Shown piece after piece: positions 14,791 to 30,219 of a DNA stretch of 64,000 nucleotides. The notes beneath the pieces were generated by a model. The model saw nothing but the letters and a program-made list of their open reading frames with translations, made no database searches and was not told the origin of the DNA. The stretch lies in assembly GCA_964016885.1 (NCBI GenBank), contig OZ024740.1, forward strand, positions 234,546,001 to 234,610,000, read 5' to 3'. Position 1 is the first letter of the stretch. Every line of letters starts with the position of its first letter. Source of the DNA: Eledone cirrhosa (Eukaryota). The translations under genes were made by a program, and so were the position numbers.

Positions 14791-15187
14791 TTGTGCACGT
14801 ACACATACATACATAAAAATAAATACATACACACACTCTCACACATAAATATACATATACAAATACATAAACACATACATACGCATACACAAATACATAC
14901 ACAAACATACACACACACATATACATATATACACACACATATATACATACACACATATATATATATATATATATACACATACATACACATATACATAGCC
15001 ATATAATTATACACATACAAATACGTACATATCACAAACACGCACAACCAAATACAAACACACACACATATATATATATGTGTGTAAAACTCAATCTTAG
15101 ATAATTCATATGAACCTTATTTAACTCTAAAATATACATATATATATATATATATATAGTTATGTAATAAACAACATAAGGCAATTA

Positions 15188-15246
15188 TTCCATTTACCAG
15201 TGGTTTCTTAAAAGCAAAAATTTTTCTTTCAATCATCAGAATGAAA
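15188..15246 (-). ncRNA. Hammerhead ribozyme, copy 3 of the 11365 motif
   Basis: Same fold, intact core. Confidence 0.8.
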
Positions 15247-15441
15247 AGATCTTGGTCTATCTATATATATATATATATACACACATATATATATATATAC
15301 ACATACACATACATACACATACATACTTACTAACATACACATATATACATACACACACATATATATACATACACATTCGTATGCATACATACACACACAC
15401 ATACACACACACACACATACACATACATATACATATATAAC

Positions 15442-15484
<43 letters not shown>

Positions 15485-15844
15485 AAGAACATGAATATTA
15501 TAAAATAAATATTTTATATATACAAATAATAAATATAAATATTTATATATATTTAGAAAAGGGTATAAATGCCCATAGCAGACCTAGAGCACTCAACAAG
15601 TTCATGGAGCAAAAGATCAATGAAAATAATCATCAAATCACTATATATAATGATACACATACATACACCCTTATACATATATACAAACACACACACACAC
15701 ACACACACATAAATATATATACATACACACACACACACAAAAAAACCCAACTACAGAAATACAAACACACATACAAAAACGTATATATACATATATATAT
15801 ACATATACATGCACAAAATTAGAAAAATATACATATATATATAC

Positions 15845-15877
<33 letters not shown>

Positions 15878-16195
15878 CGCACACACACAGGAAAAAGCAT
15901 GACCCTACGGCAAGGCTCAAACCTTTTCTGAAGTTATTATATAAAAACACACAAAACCATTATATAAAAAATTAATATATAAAAAATTAAAATATAAAAA
16001 ATTAATATCTAAAAATAAAAAAATGTTGGTATGTGAAGGGTAAGGTAAAAAAATAGGGGGGAAAAGGAGGGGGGGGAATGACATAGGAAAAGGTTAAATA
16101 TAATGGGAGATAAGGGAGAAAGAGAATACAAGAGTACAGAACGTGGATTCAGCAGGTAAAAAAACCGTAGTAGAAGTAAAGAGCAGGAAAGGAGT

Positions 16196-16450
16196 TCAAG
16201 GCGGTTGAGTTATCATAGGGATGTCAATCCAGTTACAGATCAGATGTGATTTCAGATGAGGACAACATCTGAAGATCTCGGTCTTTGAGTTCAGGCAAGC
16301 AGAAGTGGCTTTCAAGTTTAGCAAAATCCTATATTTTTCTGTGGTACACAAAGAACAATTCTTTGTGCCCCTTTGGTACTCCCTCGAATGGTCTAAAATA
16401 GACCAATCGATAGAGTACGGGATGTTATTATCTTTGAATTCCCACACCTT
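16196..16450 (-). pseudogene. Second copy of the PLE endonuclease C-terminus
   Basis: WEFKDNNIPYSIDWSIL..CSLCTTEKYRIL..CCPH; retains a segment deleted in the 14123 copy. Confidence 0.85.
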
Positions 16451-16676
16451 ATCTCCCCTTATATTTAACCTTTTCCTATGTCATTTTTCCCCCCTCCTTT
16501 TCCCCCCTATTTTTTGCCTTACCCTTCACATACCAACATTTTTTTTAATTTTTAGATATTAATTTTTTATATTTTAATATTTTATATATTAATTTTTTAT
16601 ATAATGGTTTTGTGTGTTTTTATATAATAGCCTCAGAAAAGGCTTGAGCCTTGCCGTAGGGTCAGGCTTATTCCTA

Positions 16677-16745
<69 letters not shown>

Positions 16746-17133
16746 ATATATATATGTATATATACGTTTTTGTATGTGTGTTTGTATTTCTGTGGTTGGG
16801 GGTTTTTTTGTGTGTGTGTATGTATATATATTTATGTGTGTGTGTGTGTATTTGTATATATTATAAGGGTGTATGTATGTGTTTTGCAATTGACCAGCTT
16901 GGAACCTTAATCAATACCAGAATCGAAGCTGATTGTTATCGATTAAGGCTCCGAGCTGATCATTTGTGAAACACGTATTACGCGTGATTGCATGTAACAT
17001 ATGTTAAACTGAAACTTCAATCCTTCATTCTTAATATGAGCACTCTGCATATTACGCCCATAACAAACAGATAGTGTTCAAACAGCTGACATCTATAGTA
17101 ATATATTACTCACCACACTAACTGGCACTCTCG

Positions 17134-17286
<153 letters not shown>

Positions 17287-17880
17287 CGCACGCACTGCTA
17301 ATCATGTACATTATAAAACAAAGGCCTAATTAAAAACAATTGTCAAAATGATAACCTCATTTATTTGTAGAGAAAAAAATTACTTTAAAAAAAATGACCA
17401 ACTGTTTTTGTAATTAACTATTATATATTTAACAAACCTTTTAAGTTGTTGAGATTTAATGGTAGGTCATATATTAACTCACTCATCAAACAACAAAGAC
17501 CTACATATAGTCATTGTGGAAATAGAATATTTTACTGTTGCTCAAGTATCCTATTATTTTACTTTTATTTTACAGGGGAAATGAAATACTAGGTTGACTT
17601 CAGTAAAACAGTGCATTTTAAATGCTCACAGCTTAATACTTGCATTGAATAAAATAAAAACATTATTTACAGCCAGTTAATTGTGAGCACGTGCAAAAGG
17701 ACTGATTAGGGCTGTGGCGCTTTCGGTCAGTGGGTTATGGTATTTCTGGCGCAGAGCTTTTATCGTTGACTATGGGAGGTAATTTTGTAGAATACAGACT
17801 TGTCAACCTCTAACGGGGAGCACCAGGGGAAAAAGTGACCCCAAAATGGGGAGAAATGAGGCAAAATAAGGAGATTTTAT

Positions 17881-18067
17881 ATAATTGTTTCTACTTTAGG
17901 CACAAGGCCAGCAATTATCCAGTGCATTACTGGTACTTTATTTTATCGACCCCGTAAGGATGAAAGGCAAAGTCGACCTCGGCGGGAGTTGAACTCAGAT
18001 CGTAAAGAGACGTAACTATGCTGGAAAGCATGGCGTCCAACCCTCTACCGATACTGCCAATCCACCG
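17881..18067 (-). mobile_element. SINE family A
   Basis: Near-identical to the 1554, 22236 and 43090 copies. Confidence 0.88.
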
Positions 18068-18367
18068 TTCACAAGAGAAGACAAGTGGATGGAAGATGTC
18101 CCCGTCGGACGGGGAGAGTTGACAGGTGTGAGAATATGTTTTGTGTAAGTTGTGCTATAGTATTTGGAATGTGAATGTTTGGAATACATTGCGTGGATTG
18201 TGTAATGATATTGGGATGTGATTGTATAAAATGTATGATATTAAAGTTGAATTATAGTATTAAAGGATGAATTATGTAGAATATCTAATGTGTATATTGT
18301 GTTAATGTTAGGGAAAGTAATTATGAAGAATGTGTTGTGTTAGTTGTGTAATATTATGAGGGGGTGG

Positions 18368-19058
18368 GGGGGTGAATTGAGAGAATCGTTAAAGCGTTGG
18401 ATAAAATAATGTGTGGCTTTTATTCCAGCTCCTTACATTCTGAATTCAAATTCCGCCGAGATCAGCTTCGCTTTTCATCCTTCTGGGGTCAATAAAATAC
18501 TGTAAAATACTGTTAAATACTGGATTCGATTTAATCGACTTTCCCTTCGCCACGAATATCAGACCTTGTGCCTAAATTAGAATCATTATAAGGGGTGGAG
18601 AACGGCAGGGGATTGGCAGTATCGGCAAAGCGTCGGACAACATGCTTTTCGGTATATAGTTACGGCCCTTTACGCTCTGAGTTCAAATCCCGCCGATGTT
18701 AGCTTTGCTTTTCATCCTTATGGGGTTTATAAAATAATGTACCAGTAACGCACTGGGGTACATTTAATCGCCTTTCCCCTCCCCAGATTGGCTGGCCATG
18801 TGCCTAAATCAGAAAACATTAATAGGAGTGAGGAGCAGCGGATTGACAATATCGGTAGGGCGTCAGACAACATACTTTGTGGCATGTAGTTATGGCCCTT
18901 TACATTCTGAGTTCAAAGTCCGCCGAGGTTAGTTTTGCCATTCATCCTTACGGGGTCGGTAAAATAAAATACTAGTACCCGGCTGGGGGCGATTTAATCG
19001 ACTTTCCCTTTTTCCTCAAAATTGCTGTCCTTGTGCAAAATGAAGAAACACCATTATT
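18368..19058 (+). mobile_element. Three head-to-tail SINE family A copies
   Basis: Units at ~18368-18590, ~18604-18823 and ~18832-19058, each with A/B boxes and a 3' CCTTGTG..AGAA..ATTA-type end. Confidence 0.8.
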
Positions 19059-20780
19059 TTGAGATGGGTGTAAACACAATCGGACACGGACCCAAATATT
19101 CATATATGATGGATTTCTGCACAGTTTCCGTCTATCAAATTCCACTCAAAAAAGTACTGGCTATAGTAAAATATATTTGCCTGACATACTGCGCAGTTGA
19201 ATTGAACCCAAGCACACTACTTAATCACACAGTTATGCTTGTGTACACTGGTTAAATATTCCAACGAGAAATTGGAGTCTCCTACACGCTAGCAGCTTTG
19301 AAATGTAAATTCTTCGCTGGTACATTTTCATTACATAAACTAGCAGAAAAACCACCCTTCGGGTTGTTTTCTGCTAGCATGTGTAGTGTGTATATTGATA
19401 TTATACGCAAGTATATATACATGTAGATATGATACATCAAATAAAATCGTAATTGGCAATATAAACAGAAATTGAACGAAGACCTTGTTACACTGTCTTA
19501 CGTAATCAGGAACGTAATCCATGTTACATTAAAAAAAGACGATATCTAATATATATTTGTGAAATGGGTGGTGGTTGAAATTCAGATGTGCACGGTTAAA
19601 TGTTAGTAGACGTGGTCGGACTGACATGAAAATTTACACACCTATGTAAAAAGTGCCAAGGAAGCAGATAGACGAGGTTTCAAATCTCTAACTTGAAAAA
19701 TGTGGTCCCTGGGGCCCCAAAACTATCGCGTTCGGTGAGTTATTTTCCCCTGTTCTAATACTTTTGTCTTATTTACAATTTCATACAAATAAAGCAGTAA
19801 ATAAAGGATTATGAGAAAATATCAACTGTAATGTATGTATGCCTGTATTTATGTGTTTATATGAGCGGGACTATGCAAGTAAATCTTACTTTGTGGACAG
19901 CTTATCCTTAGCATAATATTCGTGCTAGAACAGCATATATTTGAAAGTATTCAGGGAGTTGAATTACTGATTTGGGATCGGCAGCTTTAGCTTTGAAAAA
20001 ATGAAATGTGCAGTGTAAACATTTTTATTATTCCTCCGGGGATGAATCTTCTCTGCATTGTTCCATCTCTTTCTTTCTCTCTGGAAGAAATTAGCCGTAG
20101 TAAGACCTAAAAAAATGGTTAGATACACCATGACGCACCGTGCATCACGGTGGAGTTGAAAAGCAGACTCAGAACATGACGTTGTGTGGGGGTGGCTCGC
20201 AGCCCAATGTTCCAGGGAGAGCAAAAGAAGAAGAAGGAGAAGAAAAAGAAAAAGAAGTGAGCTGGAGTCCTATCAAATATGTAGGTTGTGTCTTAAATTG
20301 AAGGTTTAGTAGAAACAATTCATGTATAGCTTTGTACTTTTCTTTTTGTCATTCATATATAAACAAATCAACTATATTAATTGGAAGTGGTCGGACGTTG
20401 TATATGTAGGTGTAGTCGGATAAACGTCGAAACGGCTTGGCGGAATGCAGCGAAAATGTACACAGTTATGCAGAATAACCCGAGGAGGCGTTGGGTCGAC
20501 TTTCAAGCTACAATCTTCCATGGTTACGGAAAAAATCGATGAAACAGGAATTTCCCATTCAAATTGAACTGAGAGTAATCTGTGAACGCAGAAGTAATTA
20601 TTTCGAGAAACGTTGCAACCGAACGAAAACAGGAAGACGATATTTTGGTTCGTGAAGACGTTCCCTGGCAATGAACAGGAAAAAAGCGAGGATAATACGT
20701 CGTTATGTGGAGTGTGAAGAATAATTTCATGCAAAGACAAGACCAAGTTTATGGTATAAATGGAGTCGTTAGATTAATAT

Positions 20781-21441
<661 letters not shown>

Positions 21442-22235
21442 TTATATATAAACTGCATTAGGAGAAAATTAGTGACAGAAAATTAGTATGTTTATTTAAG
21501 TGATCGCCACCGGAAGTGTTGACATCACACACTCTCTCTTTCCATATATATAGTAGTTGAAGTGGTGGTGGTGGCAACGATATACCGGAAGTGCAACTTT
21601 GAAAAGAAGTCAATTTTAAATTATTTATTTTTACGAAATTATTTTTGTTTACGAAATTTAGTAGATAAATTATGTAATATTCATTCATTATTTATTCAAA
21701 GTAATCCAACTTATTTTACTACCGGTATAAAAAAAATAAACCGTACGCAGTCCCGCAGACCTTCCTTTATTATAGTTTAGATTCTACTGGTAAATGCTAT
21801 ATTATTGATGAGGTTACAACTCACAACGCCTAGGTTTAGTTGACTTCCTATAAACTTGCATCTCATATTAGTTTTTTAATAGTGGTTTAATGACATAGGC
21901 TTTAGACTTATGATGTCAGCACTTTTCAGCTAACATTTAGCGGGAGTTGAATTCCGGATGTACAGAGATAGAACAAATACCACTAAACATCCTACCTAAC
22001 GCTCTAAAAATTCTAAAAATTCACCACCCTGGATTGTATTTTATTTATCAACCTCGAAAGGATGAAAAGCAAAGTTGATCACAGAGGAACTTGAACTCTA
22101 AAAGCCAGAAGAAGTACTGCAAGACTTTCAGTTTGCCGTATATATAGGTATAAGGACAGTCGTTTGAACTTTCCTTTCACTTCCTTTTCTTGTTTTCATA
22201 ATAGATGCTTCCCTTTCTATTTCATTGAGTAATAA

Positions 22236-22425
22236 TTGTTTCTACTTTTGGCACAAGGCCAGCAATTATCCCAGTGTATTACTGGTACTTTATTTTATCG
22301 ACCCCGTAAGGATGAAAGGCAAAGCTAGCCTCCGCGGGATTTGAAATCAGAACATAAAGGGCCATAACTCTATGCTGCAAAGCATGGTGTCTAACGCTCT
22401 ACTGATACTGCCAATCCACCGCCTT
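22236..22425 (-). mobile_element. SINE family A with 15-bp TSD
   Basis: TSD TTCAYTGAGTAATAA at 22221-22235 and 22426-22440. Confidence 0.88.
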
Positions 22426-22907
22426 TTCACTGAGTAATAACGGATCTTGTGTTGCTGTTGTTGTTGTCAGTTGTGTGTATTTCATTTCCGCGTTGTTTGC
22501 AAGCTTTGGTGAGTAAACGCCTTACTCAATGAAGAAGGGTGGTGTCGCAGCCTCCCTCGATAGTATCCTTTTGAACATGTTTTTAGTCATATAAAGAATG
22601 AGCTACGCCCCTGACCACCGCAAGCTATCCGAAAATCGTGAGAAATTAATGTTCAACTTAAGCAATTGTAAGTAAATGACTGTAGTAAAATTGTATGTGA
22701 ATCGGAAGGGAATTCTTTTTATTTGATATCCAATGGGACATAGATAGGAGATAAGGGTTAGAAATAGGTGACCCTGAGTTCATAGAGTATTCACCTGGTT
22801 GATCTAAAGAAATAGATGCTATTGTAGTAGCCATTGAAGAAGAGAAACGTACAGCACGTCTGAGAACTAGAAATTTAAGCACGATACCAATCAGTCAAAT
22901 AGATTTC

Positions 22908-22981
<74 letters not shown>

Positions 22982-25376
22982 GGGGTATGTGTGTGTGAGA
23001 GAGAGAGTGTGTGTGTGTATGTGTGTGTGTAACAGCAACATTATCTTAACTGTGGAAGCTGTGCTTTATTGTGGGTTTGTGGGTTGCTCTTAGTTTTGAA
23101 GGAGGTTTCTATATACTCATGGCTGAATACTTTTCTGGTTTTAATGACACTTGTTGGAGAGCAACAGCACTATCCGGGATGTGGAGCATTGATGCTCTCA
23201 TTTGACATTTTTGTCTAAGAATCAGCAATAGTTTGCAGATAAAGTAGAGTTGGCCCTCAAGAGGAAGGTTTACAGGAAATCAGTAGAATTTTGATAGTCC
23301 TAAACATTAAAAATAGTTATAAAAACACATGGATTATTTATTCAATGAATAGCTACATAAAACAAATAACAAATCAATTGTGTACCAGAAAGTAAGATCA
23401 CGTTGATTTGTTGGAAGTATGAAATTACAAAACTTCTGCGGTTTTGAAATGCTAATCTTTTGCAAGAGTAACAAAACATGTGGTGTATCATATCAGTCAT
23501 TATAGACTGCAGCAAATTCGTCTTGACAGCGGTTAAAGGAAGTTTCAAATACAAATGTCTATGCCTATGAATTCGGCGATAAAATGAGATTAGATCATCT
23601 GTTGAAAATTTGTCAGCTGTTGATGTGATTCAAATCCGTTATCTTTTGTATCGAAGATAGAATAAAGACTAACTTATTAATATTCACAAGATGGTAGGCT
23701 GTAAAAAAGAAAAGTTGGCGTAGTTTGGTTAGCCTGATTTCTTGTTGCTTTCGCAGCAGGATTCCATCCATTCACACTTTCGTTGGCATATTTATAATGA
23801 ATTATTTGTATTTGAATAATTATAAAGAATTTAGAACACTTTACTAAAATAATCAATTATTTCATTATCAAGATGGTTTTTGTAATATAATTTAACAAAA
23901 GGTTTTTTTTTTATGTCAGATTATGTTGGAAGATTTTAATTTAAATAGAAACACTTTAAAATAGGTGGTTGTTTCAACCAGATGCGGGTTTGGGTGAGTT
24001 GGTATCAAAAGGGTTAAATTCTGACACTTCATAATTTAATTTCACCCAATTCGTTTCGTGTTCAATCTGTTCTGAGTGAAAGTTCTTTAACGTACCATTA
24101 TGGTCTGTCATTTCCTTCTAGTTTTATGTTAATGTACGTTAGATATAGGAAGAGGGCATTTTTTTGTCGATGATTATCATTTTCAGACGACTCTGCTTCG
24201 TAGCAGGGTCGTATTAAACCCACACTATAGCATTTCTCATAAAAACTAGGTCTATATGTGGACGCAGCATGTACGAATGGTTAAGAAGTTCGCTAGTTCG
24301 ATCCCATTGTGTAGTATTTTGGACAAGTGTCATTTACCATAGCTTCAGGTGTAATACATGCATTTTGAGTGAAATTGAGTAGACAAAAACTGTTTGAGAG
24401 CCCGTAGGATGGACTGTACCTGAAATTCACAGGGTCATCTTAGCCACACATTGTGTCACGCTGAATCTCCCTGAGAATTACGTTAAAGTTACATGTATTT
24501 GCGTAATACCCAATCATTTACGTTAATTTCATGAGCAAGCTGTTCTGGAACACTCATCGTTGAAGCCGACAGAGATCCATCCCAGGCTTATAAGAATTGT
24601 TTTGTTTTTCTTGTTTATATTGTTGGTCATTGTTGATGCGTATATTGGCCCGGTTTTATTGTTAACTTTCTAAAACTGATTCGTTCTGCTTTGTTTCTAT
24701 GTCTCGATCTTGATTCATATAATCAAATAATGTTATTGGTAAACTATTGTTGTAAATACATTTTAATTAATTAAAATGACATCCATAATTTCTAAATAAG
24801 GCACAAAGCCAGTAATTTGAGGGAGGATCAAGTCGGTTAAATTCAACCTAGTACTTGACTAGCGCTCTATTTTTTATAAGGACAATTATTTCTTAAATGA
24901 CTAATTCTGCTAGAAAAAAAGGTAAGTGGAACAACTCAGAAATTCTAATTAATTAAAATTAATTAAATAGGGAATGCAGAGAAGTGCGACTTCTAAGTGA
25001 TCATTAGCATTTAGTTGACAACGCTGGTCATGTTTCAGTCTTATTTGTCCTCATCGGTGATGCATAACCCTAATGTCACTGCTTGATCTTAGAATAACTT
25101 GTAGGTTTTTTTCTTGAATAAATGAGGAATAGCGTGGGGAAAGCTGCGTATTCAGAGTAAACTCATTCAACCAGGTCATACTCCAATAAATGACAGTACC
25201 TTCCGCTCAACCCTCACATTCTTCTCCAAGAGATGCTCGAAGTTAAAGGCTTGACCAAAAGAGAAATTGTCCACCCTCACTCCTTTCAATCTTCTCCACC
25301 ACATATTCCTGTGTTTTACGTTACAATAATACACACGAAGACATAACTCACACGAGTAGTGGCGTATAGGTTAATG

Positions 25377-25518
25377 CAAGGTTTCCCAAACCTTTTCAAA
25401 CGCGGAACCCTTTTTGCTTCAGAAATACTGTTATATTGTCGTAATATCAATATACTCTTTTACATTTTCTCACGGAACCACAGACACTCCTTTGCGGAAC
25501 CCAGTTTGGGAATCACTG
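25377..25518. mobile_element. hAT (Buster/Charlie-type) MITE
   Basis: TIRs CAAGGTTTCCCAAAC / GTTTGGGAATCACTG; perfect 8-bp TSD GGTTAATG (NNNTANNN). Confidence 0.85.
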
Positions 25519-27896
25519 GGTTAATGTGTATGTGTGCGTGAATGTATGTATGTGAACGTGAAAGTGTTTGTGTATGTAAATGTGAGTGTATGTTTGTTTT
25601 TGTCGTTTAAACACAGGTCAGATCTGATCGAACAAACCTATAATCAAAATTGCTCCCACCGTGTTCAACCCGTCATTTTATATATCTAAGACTTGTATAT
25701 CTAACATTGTCTACTGTTCCTTCCTGTTTAATACAAGGAGAGTGTGATTTGAAAATGATATGGCTACTGTGCCGTTGTTGTTTAGTCTAGGTTAACCTCG
25801 AAGAAATAGACATAGAATCAAAAGGCATTTCGATATCATCCAAACTTTCTCTCTGATAATCTATGATTTTGATTGCTATTTTTAACTGGTTAGGTTACCA
25901 CATATAGGCTTCCCTCTTATTGTCTAGCCTTAGACCAGCCCTGATTTAGAAGACCTTTGATCAAAAGCATTCCAATCATGGCCCTCCGGTCTTTTTCCCA
26001 TGTACATGGAACTCAGTACCATATTATCCAACAAGGGTGTGATTGAGAAATATTTGGTTGCTATTTCTAGCAGGTCAAGAGACCACGTACAGGTTCCAGC
26101 TCGTGGTTGATGTAGCAATGCAGCAGTTCTTTCCAGATTATCCCTGATCGAGCTGCCCTCTGTGATTAAAACCGTTCAAATGGTGATCATCTTGTCCATT
26201 TTTTTTTCTTTCATATAGTTCACTACATTATGACAATATGTCCTTCTCCTTTTTATGACAGTAAGTTATCTTGGGTGATAAATTTAGTTAGATACCTGGT
26301 TTAACACTACCACATGTTACTTGGATAGTCTTAGTTGCAAACATTCAGAGCATGTCTCCAGTCTTGGATGTTCTGAAAAGGATCATAAGCAGTGACCTTC
26401 TAGCAGTAATATCAGAGGGGAGGGGGGCCACGGTGCATTGGTATCCTTTGGATAGGGGCATCATTTGGGGAAAAGAACTTAATAAATTTGACTGTTTTAT
26501 ATTAAAATCGAATAAAGCGTTTATTTTATGTTTCATCTATGTTTATATATTCAAAATGTTTTGCTTTCTCATAATATTTCTCAGTATATTAGGCCTTATA
26601 CTTGAGTCTTTTGGGCATACAATCAAGATTTGTCCCGGGCATCACCAGAGTTCTGCACGCCGCTGCCTTCTAGGTTTGAAGATACGTTCCTCTTTCCCTC
26701 CCACCAGTTTGAATTCCTTAGAAAGGGTCATAAGTAGTCACCATCCCTTCATGAATAAAAAGTAAAAATTAAATGAATAAGAATTTGTCGGGATATGGCT
26801 GCTATTTTTAACAAATCGAGCGACTGCGGCGTAGAGGATCAATAGCTGCTCGTTGGCTCGAGGCTGCTGTATTTTTAATTGTGTTGAGTGTGTGTGCTTA
26901 CACATTACAGAGAGATATAGAATTTTTGAACGAAGTGTCGATCACGTAAACATACACAGACAGAAAGCCAAACAGTCAGAACGATAGACACACCGATAGA
27001 CGGACAGACAGACGGACAATTTGGCTGGTGTTAAGCGTCTATGAACAGGCATGTGCTAAGATTCAAATAAAAGAAAGTAACGCACCAACAAACAAACAAC
27101 ATAAGTTAGAACCAACAGGAAAGCCGATACGTGGTCACTCGACCTGCTAGAAATAGCTGTCAAATCTTCCTCAAATCCTACCCTACCGTCTTTTAAAATG
27201 TGGCCCTGAGTATTCTGAAGATAAAAAAAGGGACAGTCACGACTGCAATTACATGTTTGCTCAGTCAGAGCTAATTAGGGGCCAAACAACAACATATTTG
27301 AAAAGTAACAGCAACATAACAAAGGAATCATCACATGGCTGTCCGAACTGCTAGAAATAACAGCCAAATCGTCTTTAAATTACGCTTTATAAAAGGATAA
27401 GCCACAGTAGATAATATAGTCGACCATGAGTAGAACACCTTTAGTTCACCTGAGGTTAAACAGCAACAAAGCAGGAAGATTAAGAGCAACAACACCAGTA
27501 GCATCACATACTTGCTCGACCCGCGGGAAATAGCAGCCAAATGTTATTCAAATCTTAAAGAAGGAAGAAAACATTATATAATGTAGTCCAATATATTAAC
27601 ACTAACCTTGATAAATGACAGAACCGTCATAACTGCTAATCTTCTCAATTAAAGATTAAAGTCAACCTTGGGCTACACAACCACCAATAGCAATACAACA
27701 ACAATAACAAGACAACGGCATTAACAACTACTACAATATTACAAGCCAAGAGGGAGTCTATATATGATCGGTTTACCTGTTAGAAATAGCAACAAATCTT
27801 CCTTCACATAGCATTCAACAAACTTTTAAAACGAAGGATACGTAGTACATTTAGCACAACATTATACTGTCTGAAATCAAGATACGATTGTTTATA

Positions 27897-28682
27897 CGGG
27901 TCAGCTGAAAAGTTCATAGGCTGACCAAGATACTCTCATGGAATGACCAAATGAAGTTTATTTTTCAACATAGTCCATGGAAAGAAACAATGCAGTTATT
28001 AATAATTGACTAAGATACTCTCATGGAATGACCAAATGAAGTTTATTTTTCAACATAGTCCATGGAAAGAAACAATGCAGTTATTAATAATTGACTAAGA
28101 TACTCTCATGGAATGACCAAATGAAGTTTATTTTTCAACATAGTCCATGGAAAGAAACAATGCAGTTATTAATAATTGACTAAGATACTCTCATGGAATG
28201 ACCAAATGAAGTTTATTTTTCAACATAGTCCATGGAAAGAAACAATGCAGTTATTAATAATTGACCAAGATACTCTCATGGAATGACCAAATGAAGTTTA
28301 TTTTTCAACATAGTCCATGGAAAGAAACAATGCAGTTATTAATAATTGACTAAGATACTCTCATGGAATGACCAAATGTAGTTTATTTTTCAACATAGTC
28401 CATGGAAAGAAACAATGCAGTTATTAATAATTGACTAAGATACTCTCATGGAATGACCAAATGCAGTTTATTTTTCAACATAGTCCATGGAAAGAAACAA
28501 TGCAGTTATTAATAATTGACTAAGATACTCTCATGGAATGACCAAATGAAGTTTATTTTTCAACATAGTCCATGGAAAGAAACAATGCAGTTATTACTAA
28601 GAAGGGTTGAAATTAAAGCATGCAAGATAGCTCTAGAACCACTCCTTAATAGTCAGCCTATGAACTTTTCAATCCACCATCG
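27897..28682. mobile_element. Tc1/mariner-type MITE with internal tandem array
   Basis: TA-flanked inverted ends TGAAAAGTTCATAGGCTGAC / GTCAGCCTATGAACTTTTCA. Confidence 0.75.
27923..28596. repeat. 85-bp tandem repeat, ~8 near-identical copies
   Basis: Units start at 27923, 28008, 28093, 28178 ... 28518. Confidence 0.95.
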
Positions 28683-30219
28683 TATGTCTGCTCAATGAGG
28701 ACAGACTTGAAGCTAAACAATAATTACAATGGCAATAACTACAATAATAGTTACGGCAACAATAATAACAAAACCTCATACATGTACTATTCTTATTATG
28801 ACCAACGTGTTGGCAAAACTTTCCGACTTTATTACTCGCCAAACACCACCGTAAGGGAACACAAAACACTGGCTAGCAAACGATACGTCAACCACCAACC
28901 ATAACAAATACTGCACGGACCACATGCGCAAAAATATTTAAAATATCAAAAATTAAACGTAATTTGAACGTCTGATGGGCAATAATATTCACCCCTAGTA
29001 GTACATGTACCCAGAGCCAACGCCTGGATATTTATCTCCCTAAGCTAGTTCTAAATTGTGCGACCTCACCCCCAGTTATGTGCTCCATTTTTCAAAATAA
29101 AAAGATTCAATGTATATACTGTTATATATCGTAAACTGGTGGACTTTGATTTTGACACTAAAGAAATTACTAATCCTACATGTTCCATTACATAGTCCAC
29201 ACTTACGCACGCCAAAACACACAACCCTCTCCACAGTTTTGCATAATTTCACTACACTGCAACACGGCAATAATGCTCGTAGGAAATTATATACGTAATT
29301 TAATTAGACAAATTTGTATAAAACAGTGATCCTTTAATGTTCAGTGATATGCCTCTTTAAGTTCTACACCCTAGGCGAGTGCCTGGTTAGCCTAAACGGT
29401 AGCGCGGTCCCTGTCAGTCAGTATATGGAAATTGACTCCAAACCTCCTAGAACACTAGATCTCCGATTTAACCAGGCCATGCATGTAGAACACATAGAGA
29501 TAGAAATAGCTGCAACACCAATAACCTCAAAAACCTTAAATACCATAAACCAGCAGCAATAAGTGCAGAGGAGCAGTAACTATCCTACTTTGAGCGAGTC
29601 CACTTTGCCCACCTCCGTACATACAAGAATAGACTGGACAGTGAAGTGAGTGCAATATATTCAAACCACCACATTGCACAGATTGTCGGAGTGTGCAGTG
29701 CGATCCTTAGCTAGACGGAGACATGGTATAAGCGTGAAGATTGAACTATGAGCTGCACCACACACGCAATTCTGTCGACTATCTGCATGTCATAGGACCA
29801 CTTGATCAGTCTGACCTAGGGTTATAAAACAACAAAAACAAAATAAATTTTTAAAATATACATATATAAATAAGAAAATAACAGATGCAGCGGCGGCGGC
29901 GGCGGCAGAAGAAGAAGAAGAAGAAGAAGAAGAAGAAGAAGAAGAAGAAGAAGAAGAAGAAGAAGAAGAAGAAGAAGAAGAAGAAGAAGATGTGATGAAG
30001 AAGGACATGGAGAAGAGAGTAGTGATAGTATTAGAACAACCTAATAGGCAACCAATGAGAAGACGACATCTGATGAACTCAACGAAAAACATGTTATAGC
30101 ACACGTGACTACCTCTCTCTCACTCTCCCTCCCTCTCTCTCTTCCTTTCTCTGTATAACTGATGTCAACATGGCGGCCACCTTTTAACAGACATCAACTC
30201 ACGTGTTTATACAGTATGG

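Noticed and set aside
25021-25066. Degenerate hammerhead-like motif (minus strand)
   Set aside because: Core mutated and stem I does not pair.
26345-26765. Host exon candidates
   Set aside because: No recognisable protein similarity or convincing splice context.
27923-28596. CRISPR-like array
   Set aside because: Units are wholly repeated with no unique spacers; eukaryotic context and no cas genes.
30066-30096. Hammerhead-like CTGATGA..GAAA
   Set aside because: No stem II pair and no UH cleavage site.
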